A DNA stretch of 64,000 nt from an uncultured Acidobacteriota bacterium (GTDB taxonomy: Bacteria > Acidobacteriota > Thermoanaerobaculia > Multivoradales > JAHEKO01), in contig CAVQNG010000014.1 in the NCBI GenBank assembly GCA_963713825.1, positions 224,001-288,000 of the forward strand, in the 5' to 3' direction. The translations under genes were made by a program, and so were the position numbers. This document shows, piece after piece, positions 10,564 to 20,184 of this stretch. Each line of letters opens with the position of its first letter. Positions within the stretch are counted from its first letter, which is position 1. The notes below the pieces were generated by a model. The model did no database searches, was not told the DNA's origin, and saw only the letters and a list, made by a program, of their open reading frames with translations.

Positions 10564-10697
10564 GCTTGTTCCAGGCTGCAGGAACCCGTCCCTAGGTCCC
10601 TTTTGACCAGGCGGGGTCGCGCGGCACTGCTTCTCCAACTGTCTACCACGGCGATGGGCAGACCGCTATGGATTGCTCTACAGACTGGTTTGGAAAG

Positions 10698-11591
10698 TCA
10701 GTAGATCGTCTGACCGAGCAGGGACGCCACGAGCTCAACGCCGATCTTGGCTGTCCGGTTCTGGGCATCGAGTATCGGATTGATTTCGACAACATCGACC
10801 GACCCGACCTCAGCATTCGCAGCGACCAACTCCAGCAGGAAATGGGCTTCCCGGTAGGTGAGGCCCCCAGGAACGGGAGTTCCGACGCCGGGTGCCTGGC
10901 TTGGGTCGAGGCTATCCATGTCGAGGCTGACATGGATCTTTGGTCTGTGGGCGAGGCTCGCGATCGCTTGTTTCGCCACTTCTCCGATGCCCTTCTCGTC
11001 GATCTCCCGCATTGTGAATACGGTTACGCCACTGGCTCGCAGCAGCAGTCGCTCTTCTGGGTCGAGACTGCGCAGGCCCACGACGGCCACGTCCTGCCCC
11101 GAGACTTTCGGTCCTGGTCTGCCGATGTCGATCATGGCGGGGCTGCCCTGGCCTGTGAGAGCAGCGAGCGGCATGCCGTGGAGATTTCCTGACGGTGAGG
11201 TCGTGGGTGTGTTGAAGTCTCCATGGGCGTCGATCCAAAGGACTCCACTCGGACCGGTCTCGGTGGCAGCACCTACCGTGCCGAGAGCGATGGAGTGGTC
11301 GCCGCCCAAGAAGAGAGGAATCGCGCCTGCCGCGATAGCTGCTACACCAGCTTCATAGACTGCGGTACAGGCTTCCACCACAGCGGGGAGGAAGGACAGG
11401 CCGCCTTCGGAGGGCAGCTCGTCCCGGACGGCTATTTCGACGTTTCCACAATCGCGTACCTGGCAGCCTACTTGCCGCAGATGATTGTCTAGGCCTGCGT
11501 AGCGCAGCGCGCTGGGTCCCATGTCGACGCCACGGCGAGACTGGCCGAGGTCAAGGGGTACTCCCACGATGTTGACAGCTTTCTCCACCAT
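10698..11591 (-). CDS. rocF: Arginase
   Basis: [46 protein letters not shown]. Confidence 0.95.
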   Translation of the reverse strand: MVEKAVNIVGVPLDLGQSRRGVDMGPSALRYAGLDNHLRQVGCQVRDCGNVEIAVRDELPSEGGLSFLPAVVEACTAVYEAGVAAIAAGAIPLFLGGDHSIALGTVGAATETGPSGVLWIDAHGDFNTPTTSPSGNLHGMPLAALTGQGSPAMIDIGRPGPKVSGQDVAVVGLRSLDPEERLLLRASGVTVFTMREIDEKGIGEVAKQAIASLAHRPKIHVSLDMDSLDPSQAPGVGTPVPGGLTYREAHFLLELVAANAEVGSVDVVEINPILDAQNRTAKIGVELVASLLGQTIY

Positions 11592-11658
11592 GGCGCGTCT
11601 CTTCCAGAAGTTGTTCTAACGGGTTTCTAGAGTGGAATCAGCGGGTCGAGTCGCCAGC

Positions 11659-12396
11659 CTAGAGCTTCTCGCCGACAATCTGTTTGTAGCCTTTGACCGG
11701 TGGTCCTGTCGCATCACCTACCGGACCCATACTGACCTTCCACTTGGAGGATCCCTCGAGGGTCTTTTTCAACTTCCGCGTCAGGTTGTCGAAGGTGCCG
11801 CTCATCTCGTAGCGAATCGCATCTTCTTCGCGGTTCCAGATCGACACCGACAGAGCCTGATCTGGATCGCGCAGTGCTTCCACTAGAAATGCAGCTCTGC
11901 AACCCTGGGTGGAACGGAGAATCGGCATCACGTTTGTGTTGTAGAGGTCGATGAGTTCGTCCCATTTCTTGGGCTTGACCCGCACGGATACGACCCTCAA
12001 GTAGAGTCTAGACGGCAGCTCGTCGACCGGCAGGTCTTCGTCGCCGGCCTCGACGGTAAAGGCATCACTGACCTTTTGTTGGCTGGGTTCGACGGGCGGC
12101 AGGCCCGCGCTTACAGCCAGTCGGACTTTCCACTCGGCGCCTCCCGATACGAGCTGGCTACCATCCTCCACGAGCTGGCGATACGCGTCACTCTTCTCGT
12201 AGCTGTCGGCCTCCTCGGGGCTGTCCCAGAGGGTCATCGAAATACACTCCTCGTCTTGCGAGGTTGCTTGGAGAAGACTGGCGAATCGGCAGGCGCTTTG
12301 CTGCTGAAGCAATGGCAGCACCTGTTCTTGATAGAAGGCTTGCACTGCGTGAAGGTCCGCACCCTGGGTGTCGAACTTTAGAATTCGTAGATACAC
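11659..12396 (-). CDS. Tandem ABM (antibiotic biosynthesis monooxygenase-fold) domain protein
   Basis: Two internally similar halves: YLR...Y...V.P.L....CR...L...S...W...E.A..YE.S. Confidence 0.7.
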   Translation of the reverse strand: MYLRILKFDTQGADLHAVQAFYQEQVLPLLQQQSACRFASLLQATSQDEECISMTLWDSPEEADSYEKSDAYRQLVEDGSQLVSGGAEWKVRLAVSAGLPPVEPSQQKVSDAFTVEAGDEDLPVDELPSRLYLRVVSVRVKPKKWDELIDLYNTNVMPILRSTQGCRAAFLVEALRDPDQALSVSIWNREEDAIRYEMSGTFDNLTRKLKKTLEGSSKWKVSMGPVGDATGPPVKGYKQIVGEKL

Positions 12397-12411
12397 AGCA
12401 ACCGGTCAAGC

Positions 12412-12858
12412 CTACTGTTTACGCATCCAGATCTCGGTGCCACCTTTTTCGAAGCGGACCTCGTCCATCAGCTCATTGATGAGGTAGATTCCCCGTCCTC
12501 CTGAAGCATAGAGATTCTCGCCCGTCAACGGACTGGGTATGTCCTGCGGATCGAAGCCCGGGCCAGGGTCGCGAATGATGATGAGCATGCCCCTCTCCTC
12601 GTCACACGCGACGCACACCTGCACGTCACGCGACGGGTCTTCCTCGCAGCCGTGCACGACGGCGTTGGCGAGGGCCTCCTGTAGTGCAAGCTCGATCTCA
12701 TTCTCTTTGCCTTTGGAGCAATGCATGTCCTGGATCACCGTCATGATCCGATCGACAGCCGGCGTCACTTCTTCGACGGAGCCTTGAATGGTCATGTTGA
12801 GACGCAAGATGAGCTTCTTGGAGTCGAACTCGCAGCTAGAAATCGGATCACTTGGCAT
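12412..12858 (-). CDS. RsbW-like anti-sigma factor / HATPase_c_2 Ser kinase
   Basis: EALANAVVHG, IRDPGPGFD, GGRGIYLINELMDEV; GGAGG RBS before ATG 12858. Confidence 0.88.
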   Translation of the reverse strand: MPSDPISSCEFDSKKLILRLNMTIQGSVEEVTPAVDRIMTVIQDMHCSKGKENEIELALQEALANAVVHGCEEDPSRDVQVCVACDEERGMLIIIRDPGPGFDPQDIPSPLTGENLYASGGRGIYLINELMDEVRFEKGGTEIWMRKQ

Positions 12859-13073
12859 GGCAACCTCCATACCGGCTCTTCGCCCTGCAGCACGGGAGTG
12901 CAACATTATCGCACGAAGATGGCGCCTCTCGCCGATTCCGCTGTTCGGTGTTCCCGATTTGGGCTACAGTCGGGGCGCTGCAGAGCGCTGCCAGTGGCAA
13001 TTTGAAACGTGGTCGCCAGGCTTGTGGTTCTGATCCGTTCCGTCGGCGAACCTTTCAATCATAAGGAGGACGC

Positions 13074-14450
13074 GTGAAACAGGAGACTCGCTTCGCACAG
13101 CCAGGAAGGCTTCGATTCGTCATGGTGTTGGGCGTTTGCTGTCTCGCTCTGGCGGGATGGCGTCCACTTCTAGGGGCCGAAGTCAAAGCCCTGGTGGGTG
13201 GCACCTTGATCGATGGCAATGGCAGTACCACGACCCGCAACAGCGTGATTCTGATCGAAGGCGAGCGGATCAAAGCCGTGGGAGAGATCGGGACTGTGGC
13301 CATTCCAGACGGGGCCGAGGTGATCTCGACCGAGGGCATGAGCGTTCTGCCCGGGCTGTGGGACACTCACGTCCATCTGATGATCAACGGACATGCCGAC
13401 TACGAGCACTGGGACAAGACCTACCCGCCGCTGTTCAGGTCGGTGATCATGCCGTCTTCGGCGCAGCAGCTCCTGCTCGCCGGCGTGACCAGTGCCCGCG
13501 ACCTGGGTGGACCGCTCGAGGACAGCCTCGCCGTACGGGATGCGATCAACGAAGGGGAGATCCCCGGTCCCACAATGTATGTCTCTGGGCCTTTCATCCA
13601 GAAGACACCCTACCCGGGCACGGAGCTGTTCCGCTGGGGCGTCGATGGCCCCGAGGATGCCAGGTCGAAGATCAATCGACTGGCCGAAGCGGGCGTCGAT
13701 TTCATCAAGCTCATCGATCAAGACGAGATGAGCCAAGAAGAAGTCGATGCCGTGGTCGACGAAGCGCACCGCCATGGGTTGACCGTTGCTGCCCACGCCC
13801 ATCGTCCCGAGGAGATTCGGCGGGGACTGAGGGCCGGAGTGGACTGCTTCGAGCACACTGGCCTGGCCACGGCGCCCCGATACCCGGAAGACGTATTGCA
13901 GATGATCCAGGAGCGCACCGCGAAAATGAACCTGGGACCTCTTTTCTGGGTACCTACGGTTGAGGGGTTGTTCAACTATGAGTACGTTCGGGACTACCGC
14001 GAGATGCTGGACGACCCTTCCTGGCTCGTTGGCCTGCCGCCAGAGGTCATCGACGATATCCGGTCCTCGATCGGGCATCCGGATCGGCTCGGATATTTTC
14101 AGATCACGCCGGACCGCCGACCGACGCTCGGAGACAAGTTCCAGCAGCTCAAGGAGTCGGGTGCAAAGCTGCTGATCGGCACGGATAGCGGCATTCCGAT
14201 GAAGTTCCACAGTCAATCGACCTGGAACGAGCTCGACATCTGGGTGCGAGAGATGGGTGTCGAGCCGATGGAGGCGATCCGGTCTGCGACCTATTGGCCC
14301 GCTGTTCTGATGGGCGTCGAAGGGGAAGTCGGCACTATTACACCTGGAAAGTACGCGGACATCATCGCCGTGAGAGGAGATGTGCTGCGGTATATCAATC
14401 TGCTGCAAAGGGTGGACATCGTGATCAAGCATGGTGAGCGCTACAAATAG
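13074..14450 (+). CDS. Secreted metal-dependent amidohydrolase
   Basis: Signal peptide; PGLWDTHVH, FIKL, AAHA, FEH, GTDSG, GKYADIIAV; AAGGAGG RBS. Confidence 0.9.
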   Translation: MKQETRFAQPGRLRFVMVLGVCCLALAGWRPLLGAEVKALVGGTLIDGNGSTTTRNSVILIEGERIKAVGEIGTVAIPDGAEVISTEGMSVLPGLWDTHVHLMINGHADYEHWDKTYPPLFRSVIMPSSAQQLLLAGVTSARDLGGPLEDSLAVRDAINEGEIPGPTMYVSGPFIQKTPYPGTELFRWGVDGPEDARSKINRLAEAGVDFIKLIDQDEMSQEEVDAVVDEAHRHGLTVAAHAHRPEEIRRGLRAGVDCFEHTGLATAPRYPEDVLQMIQERTAKMNLGPLFWVPTVEGLFNYEYVRDYREMLDDPSWLVGLPPEVIDDIRSSIGHPDRLGYFQITPDRRPTLGDKFQQLKESGAKLLIGTDSGIPMKFHSQSTWNELDIWVREMGVEPMEAIRSATYWPAVLMGVEGEVGTITPGKYADIIAVRGDVLRYINLLQRVDIVIKHGERYK

Positions 14451-14588
14451 CCCGTGAGCGGCTGCATGCTTCGTACACGAGCGATCGCATCGCAGCGCCT
14501 CCGCGATCTTGCTTGTCGAGGAATAATCCGGCACCGCGATACGTCATAACTAGATAGGGACCCACAGTGGCCACGCGCAGGGAGTGGG

Positions 14589-16253
14589 GTGATTGCTCTT
14601 GGGGGTGAGCCAGCGATGGAGCCGAGAGTGGGGGAGAAGGGTCTAGCGGACCGGGATTCGCGCTCACAAGGTGAGTACGAGGACCTTGGTGAGGCCCCGA
14701 ACTGCAGGCAGGGGGCAGGTGTCCCTTCGCCGGATATCGACCGTAACCGCGGATCCGCTCTGTATTCCGAGGATCGAAGCTCCTCTGAAGTTGCGGCAGC
14801 AGACGACGGAGTCCCCGATCCCATCCGGATGTACCTCCGAGAGATGGCCTCTGTTCCTCTTCTGGATCGGGATGGGGAAGTGGCGATCGCTACTTCTCTG
14901 GAAGACGGGGAGCGGCGACTCTATCGTGCCTTGGTGTCGAATCTCTACCTGCTAGAACGTCTCCTGACGACTCTCTATCTGACAGAGCAGGGCGACTCCC
15001 CTGCAGCGCAGTACCTTGAACAGAATCTTGGTGAAGGTGAACGGCTTTCACCTCCGCCTGGTGTAGCCCGTCGAATGTCTCGTTTCCGTCGAATCGCCGA
15101 GCTCGAAGGATCGATCGGTGAGCTGCGTTCTCGCCAGGCAGGGATTGAGACCGACATCGCCATGGTCAAGGAGTTGGAACGTGAGATCGATCGCCAGGTC
15201 GCGAGAGAAGCGATCGAGATCCACCGAATCGACCTACCCGTCAAGACGGTCGCTGTTCTGGGCGAGCTTATCGAGGCCATCGATCGCGAGTATCGCCGCT
15301 GCAGCCTGGGAATTCGAAGGGCGGCCAAGGCTTGTCACACCGAGAAGAACAAGGATCTCCGGGCCCTGCATCGCCGTCGGGTCAAGCGGTATCGCAGTCT
15401 GCAGCAGGAGTTGGATGGGCGGTTCGGGTCGAGCTCGGAGGAGATCCAGAGGATCGTCGGGGAGGTCCGACAGGGTAGTGGTATCGCGGAAAGGGCGAGA
15501 GAGGCGCTGATCGTTGCCAATCTAAGGCTCGTGGTATCAGTTGCCAAGAAGTACACCCGGCGGGGCCTCAGCCTTCTCGATCTGATCCAGGAGGGCAACA
15601 TCGGTTTGCTGAGAGCGGTTGCGAAGTTCGAGTACAGGCGAGGCTACAAATTCTCGACATACGCTCACTGGTGGATCCGCCAAGCGATCACTCGCGCTCT
15701 GGCCGACCAATCCAGGACGGTGAGGATTCCGGTCCACATGATCGAGACGCTCCACCAGTTGAGGTACGCGGAAAGGTACCTTGTTCAGGAGTTTGGCCGC
15801 GAGCCATCGATGGAAGAGCTGGCACACCAGCTGAGCCTGCCCATAGCCAAGGTCCGAATGTTGCGCAAAGTGGCCAGACACCCAATCTCTCTCGAGAGTC
15901 CGGTTGGCGACGATGAGGATTCGCAGTTCGGAGATTTTCTCGAGGATCGTAGCGCCAAGTCGCCGTTGGAGAGTGCCATTTCGACTCGTCTTCGTGAACA
16001 GACAGCAGCCGCCTTGAGCATGCTGAGCCCGCGCGAAGAGGCGGTGCTGAGGATGCGTTTTGGAGTGGGTGGGAGGGATTCCTACACCCTGGCGGAAGCG
16101 GGGCGACGCTTCGATATCACTCGTGAGCGAGTGAGGCAGATCGAGGCTCAGGCGCTGACCAAGCTCAATCGCGATCAAAGGGCGGCGAAGCTGCGCCAGT
16201 TCGTCAGCGACTCTTGCTCAAGGCGAGGTGCTGATAGAGCGGTCCATCGGTGA
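14589..16253 (+). CDS. Sigma-70 family RpoD/SigA-like sigma factor (regions 1.2, NCR, 2, 3, 4; no recognisable region 1.1)
   Basis: [63 protein letters not shown]; start uncertain (14589 or 14616). Confidence 0.9.
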   Translation: MIALGGEPAMEPRVGEKGLADRDSRSQGEYEDLGEAPNCRQGAGVPSPDIDRNRGSALYSEDRSSSEVAAADDGVPDPIRMYLREMASVPLLDRDGEVAIATSLEDGERRLYRALVSNLYLLERLLTTLYLTEQGDSPAAQYLEQNLGEGERLSPPPGVARRMSRFRRIAELEGSIGELRSRQAGIETDIAMVKELEREIDRQVAREAIEIHRIDLPVKTVAVLGELIEAIDREYRRCSLGIRRAAKACHTEKNKDLRALHRRRVKRYRSLQQELDGRFGSSSEEIQRIVGEVRQGSGIAERAREALIVANLRLVVSVAKKYTRRGLSLLDLIQEGNIGLLRAVAKFEYRRGYKFSTYAHWWIRQAITRALADQSRTVRIPVHMIETLHQLRYAERYLVQEFGREPSMEELAHQLSLPIAKVRMLRKVARHPISLESPVGDDEDSQFGDFLEDRSAKSPLESAISTRLREQTAAALSMLSPREEAVLRMRFGVGGRDSYTLAEAGRRFDITRERVRQIEAQALTKLNRDQRAAKLRQFVSDSCSRRGADRAVHR

Positions 16254-17988
16254 AGCCCAGCTTCCTGTAGTACGGCCGCGTACCGACGGCAGAGATGACC
16301 GCCAGATTCTCGAACCTCGACTCGGTTGCGATGGCTTCTGCTCGCGCAATCAGGTCTCGGCCCAGGCCGAGATGCTGGGATCGCACCCCTTGGCGCTGTC
16401 CAATGGCCGCCAGATGCCCGTAGACGTGAACTTCCCTGATCATGGCGCTCTTCTGGATCTCGGGTATCGGTATGGGGCGCTGTGGCAGGGACAACCGGAG
16501 AAAGGCGGCGATCCGGTCCTCTGGTGTGACGAACTGAAGAAAGGTCTCACGACCAATGGACGTGTCGTAATCCGTCCTACGAAGGGTCAATGTGCTCGGA
16601 TCGACACTGCGATGACGAATCTCTCGGGCGCGGATGTCTCGGCTCTCATGACCACCTAGTCGGATCTCCTCCTCGGCGAGCTCTCGGAGGTTCGTCACCT
16701 TGTTTCCTGTCACGATATCGGTACCTGGAATGTCCCGAATGACGCGGGTTATGCGGCAGTACTCGGGCGTTCGCCTGATGCACTCGGTCAGAACCCAGGT
16801 GAGCTCGCGCTGGGAATAGGGCCGCCACTCCCGACTCTCGTAGTACCCCATCAATTCTGCGCTTTCGACGAGGCTGCAGGGGTAGATCTTGAGCTCATCA
16901 GGACGGAAGTCGGGATCGTCGAAGAGTCGCTGGAAGTCCTCGACATCCTCCTCGGGTGAGGAGCCATGGAGATTGGGCATCCAGTGGGCGTGGATCTTGA
17001 ATCCAGCCTGCCTGAGAAGACTCACGGCCCGGCGAATGTCCGCTACTTCGTGGCCTCGCCGGTTGAGGGCCAGGACCCGATCCGAGAGGCTCTGGAAGCC
17101 GATCTGAACCTTGGTGGCGCCGAGGCGGCGAATACTGAGCACTTCATCGAGCTCGAGGTGGTCAGGCCGGGTCTCGACCACTAGACCAACACATCGAGCA
17201 AAGGCCGTTTCGTTGTGTTGTTGCGCCAGTGCCAGAGAGTCCCAATCCTCCTCCTCGAGCCTGTTCGCCGACGGGCCGAGTTGCCCCAGGGCAGCGGTGA
17301 CAATGTTGTTGTAGGTCCGTGTCATCCGCCTGCCATCGACCTGGGTGCCGAGATCCCGGAAATCGAGGCTCGATTGCGGTCGGGTCGCATAGGGCACAGG
17401 GGCTTCTGGTGAGAAAGCGTTGAGGGCGTCAAAGCACCGTTTGGCGAACCAGATTCGGTAGGCTTCCCTGTAGGACGACCACGTCCCGCCCAGGACGATG
17501 ACCTCCGCCTTGTCCACGTGGTGGCCTGTGTTGTGATAGGTCATGAGCCGGGAGAGTGTTTGATTGAAGGGGTCGAACTGATGTTGGGCCGCGCGCTGGG
17601 CCCCGGGTTCGTCTGATAGGTAGCTCTTGGGCATGCGGACATCACTAGGGCAGAAGATGCACTTGCCCGGGCAGGGATATGGCTTGGTCAGAACGGTAAC
17701 CGGGGCGACTCCGCTTTGAGTGCGCATCGGCTTCATGCGTAGCTTTTCGACAAAAGGGGACTCGTCACGACCCCATTGGAGCTTTCGATTCAGGTATCGG
17801 AAGGCCCGAATGATCTCGCTCTTCGAGAAGAATCCCGAGCCGTCCTTTGGATAACGTCGTAGGATCGACTCGTAGCTGGCCTGATCGAAATCCTCCAACG
17901 CTTCGATCTCGGTGACCAAGGCCACCAACTGGGCCTCATAGAGCTCGGGCTGGAAATGAAAGCTGATTTCAGGCACTTTCTGTCTCAT
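16204..17988 (-). CDS. elp3: Elp3-family radical SAM/KAT tRNA U34 carboxymethyltransferase
   Basis: [84 protein letters not shown]. Confidence 0.92.
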   Translation of the reverse strand: MRQKVPEISFHFQPELYEAQLVALVTEIEALEDFDQASYESILRRYPKDGSGFFSKSEIIRAFRYLNRKLQWGRDESPFVEKLRMKPMRTQSGVAPVTVLTKPYPCPGKCIFCPSDVRMPKSYLSDEPGAQRAAQHQFDPFNQTLSRLMTYHNTGHHVDKAEVIVLGGTWSSYREAYRIWFAKRCFDALNAFSPEAPVPYATRPQSSLDFRDLGTQVDGRRMTRTYNNIVTAALGQLGPSANRLEEEDWDSLALAQQHNETAFARCVGLVVETRPDHLELDEVLSIRRLGATKVQIGFQSLSDRVLALNRRGHEVADIRRAVSLLRQAGFKIHAHWMPNLHGSSPEEDVEDFQRLFDDPDFRPDELKIYPCSLVESAELMGYYESREWRPYSQRELTWVLTECIRRTPEYCRITRVIRDIPGTDIVTGNKVTNLRELAEEEIRLGGHESRDIRAREIRHRSVDPSTLTLRRTDYDTSIGRETFLQFVTPEDRIAAFLRLSLPQRPIPIPEIQKSAMIREVHVYGHLAAIGQRQGVRSQHLGLGRDLIARAEAIATESRFENLAVISAVGTRPYYRKLGFTDGPLYQHLALSKSR

Positions 17989-17989
17989 T

Positions 17990-18787
17990 ATGAACCGCCA
18001 GACAATAGCAGCCCTGAACCGAATCAACCGGACCTTCTACCACCACCAGAGTGAGGACTTCAGCCGCACGCGGAGAAGCCCCTGGCCCGGCTGGAAGCGG
18101 GTTGTGTCCGCCTATGAAGAGAAAAATCCCACGAGTGGCGCCGGGCCTCTGGTGTCTATTCTAGATGTCGGATGCGGCAACGGACGGTTCTTGCCCTTCC
18201 TGGCGGAACATTCTCAGGCTCCCGTTCGATACTTCGGGGTCGATTCGAGCCTTGCCTTGCTGTTGGATGCCCGCGGTGATGCTGCTGGAAGAACATCGCC
18301 TCAGCCGAAGTTGGTGGCGGCGGAACTGATCGACGACAGGCCTCTCGAGTTCTTGCGCTCGGCCCAATTCGATCTGGCGGTCGTTTTCGGGGTGCTGCAC
18401 CACATCCCCAGTTACCAGGCTCGGCAAAGTCTGCTGACCGCTCTTGCCGCTTGTCTGACGCCGGGTGGGGTGATGGCGGTCTCCTTCTGGCAGTTCGGTG
18501 AGCACCGTCGATTTCTTCGGCGATCGATGTCGTGGACCGATTACAACAAGCAGGCCAGGGAGCCGATCGAGATCGGCGAGTTGGAGAAGGGCGACATGGT
18601 CCTGACCTGGGGTGACCAGAATGGGCAGGAAAGGGTCGGCTTCAACTCGAAACTTCGATACTGTCACTTCGCCGATGCGAACGAGGCTGGTCAGCTGGTT
18701 GGGAGCCTACCTTTGCGCGTCATGGAGATGTACCACTCAGACGGTGAAGGCCAGCGACAGAACCTCTACTACCTGCTCGAGAGGTGA
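17990..18787 (+). CDS. Class I SAM methyltransferase, Trm9/ALKBH8-like
   Basis: FSRTRRSPWP, LDVGCGNGRF, GVDSS, VLHHIP, L.PGG....FW, DMVLTW, RYCHF in the same order as Trm9-type motifs. Confidence 0.75.
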   Translation: MNRQTIAALNRINRTFYHHQSEDFSRTRRSPWPGWKRVVSAYEEKNPTSGAGPLVSILDVGCGNGRFLPFLAEHSQAPVRYFGVDSSLALLLDARGDAAGRTSPQPKLVAAELIDDRPLEFLRSAQFDLAVVFGVLHHIPSYQARQSLLTALAACLTPGGVMAVSFWQFGEHRRFLRRSMSWTDYNKQAREPIEIGELEKGDMVLTWGDQNGQERVGFNSKLRYCHFADANEAGQLVGSLPLRVMEMYHSDGEGQRQNLYYLLER

Positions 18788-18919
18788 GATGGGGGACAGT
18801 TAAGCGATTCGCAGCGCCGGCAAGGAGTAGTGGCTATAATTCAAGACGGATTCCGGTACTACTACCTGGGTCCGAGCGAAAGGCTCAGGTTGGTAGATCT
18901 GTAGGCAAGTCGAGATTCT

Positions 18920-20134
18920 ATGACCGATACCGGCTTTTTTCTGCTCAGCATCTCGATCAGCGTGGCTCTTCTGCTCCTGCTGATGGTGTTCTTCCTGCGG
19001 GCGCGACGACTCTCCCAATCGCTCGAGAAGCAGACCAGCGAGCTCCGGACCCTACTGAAGAAGATCCACCGCATCGACGAGGAGCTGAATTTCGTACTCG
19101 ATTTCATCCGAGAGCTGCCTCATCTGACCGGCGAGCTCAATAACCAGATGAATCCCAGAGGCATTCCCCAGGTGCTCATGAACGTTCTCGTTCGCACCTA
19201 CCAGCCTGAGCAGGCGGTCATCCTACTGCGGCGCAAGCGTACATTGGCTCAGCCCGAGAGGGACAAGGAGTTCATCGCAGCTGCAGTCGCGGCGCCGAGG
19301 TCTACTTTCGATCGCGGCATGGTCGTGACCATGGGCGAGGGTGATCTGGGGTACGTCGCTCAGCAGCATCGGGTTCTGGACGGCACAGAATTGACTCGAG
19401 AGGCTGCATCGCATCGCCATGTTCGAGCCAAGGGTCTGTCCGCGTTTCGACCCGATATCGCATCGCCAATGACCATCGACGAGCGCACTCTGGGAGTCAT
19501 GGCTCTCAGGCGCCCGGAGAAGCAGAAACCCTACAGCAAGGATGTTTTTAGGGTGATCGCTCAGATGGGGGCCTTTGCCCTGAACAACCTTCAGGCCTAT
19601 GCCGAGGTCAAGTCGGTTGCCGACGTCGATCCACTCACCAAGATCTGGAACAAGGGCGTTCTCAACTTCAGACTCGGCGAGCTCGTGTTCGATGCCGAGG
19701 AGGGTAAGAGCAATCTGGCGGTGTTCCTGTTCGATATCGATCACTTCAAGAACTACAATGACGTCAATGGGCACGTGGCTGGTGATCGGTTGCTGCAGAC
19801 GTTGGCCCGACTGGTCAAAGAGCAGGTCCGCATCGACGACATTTTCGGTCGCTTTGGTGGCGAGGAGTTCTTGCTGATTCTTCCTAACAAGAGCAAATCC
19901 CAGGCCAGGATCACCGGCGAGAAGATCCGAGCGGCCATCGAGGCCTACGAATTTCCCTTCGGTGACAAGCAGCCGCTCAATCGCTTGACGATCAGCGGCG
20001 GCGTTGCCTGCTTCCCTCAAGATGGGCGCAACAGCTCCGAGTTGATTCGGGCGGCTGATCAAGCGCTCTATCAGGCCAAGCGGGCCGGCCGGAATCGCGT
20101 CATGGCGGCTGGGGCGGTGGCTCTGGCCGAGTAG
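18920..20134 (+). CDS. Membrane-anchored GAF-GGDEF diguanylate cyclase
   Basis: N-terminal TM; DPLTKIWN, DIDHFKNYND, RIDD I-site, GGEEF, ADQALYQAK. Confidence 0.92.
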   Translation: MTDTGFFLLSISISVALLLLLMVFFLRARRLSQSLEKQTSELRTLLKKIHRIDEELNFVLDFIRELPHLTGELNNQMNPRGIPQVLMNVLVRTYQPEQAVILLRRKRTLAQPERDKEFIAAAVAAPRSTFDRGMVVTMGEGDLGYVAQQHRVLDGTELTREAASHRHVRAKGLSAFRPDIASPMTIDERTLGVMALRRPEKQKPYSKDVFRVIAQMGAFALNNLQAYAEVKSVADVDPLTKIWNKGVLNFRLGELVFDAEEGKSNLAVFLFDIDHFKNYNDVNGHVAGDRLLQTLARLVKEQVRIDDIFGRFGGEEFLLILPNKSKSQARITGEKIRAAIEAYEFPFGDKQPLNRLTISGGVACFPQDGRNSSELIRAADQALYQAKRAGRNRVMAAGAVALAE

Positions 20135-20184
20135 TTCGGGCGTCAAGTTCCACCTGTAGCAGTTCCCTACAGCGGGCTTCATCG

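Noticed and set aside
13170-14534. 454-aa minus-strand ORF
   Set aside because: Shadow of the amidohydrolase.
12412-16253. RsbW-like protein as anti-sigma for the nearby sigma factor
   Set aside because: Separated by an unrelated gene, and the sigma is RpoD-like rather than SigB/F-like.
18835-18840. Perfect TATAAT upstream of the GGDEF gene
   Set aside because: Plausible -10 but no -35 or extended TG motif; not enough to call a promoter.
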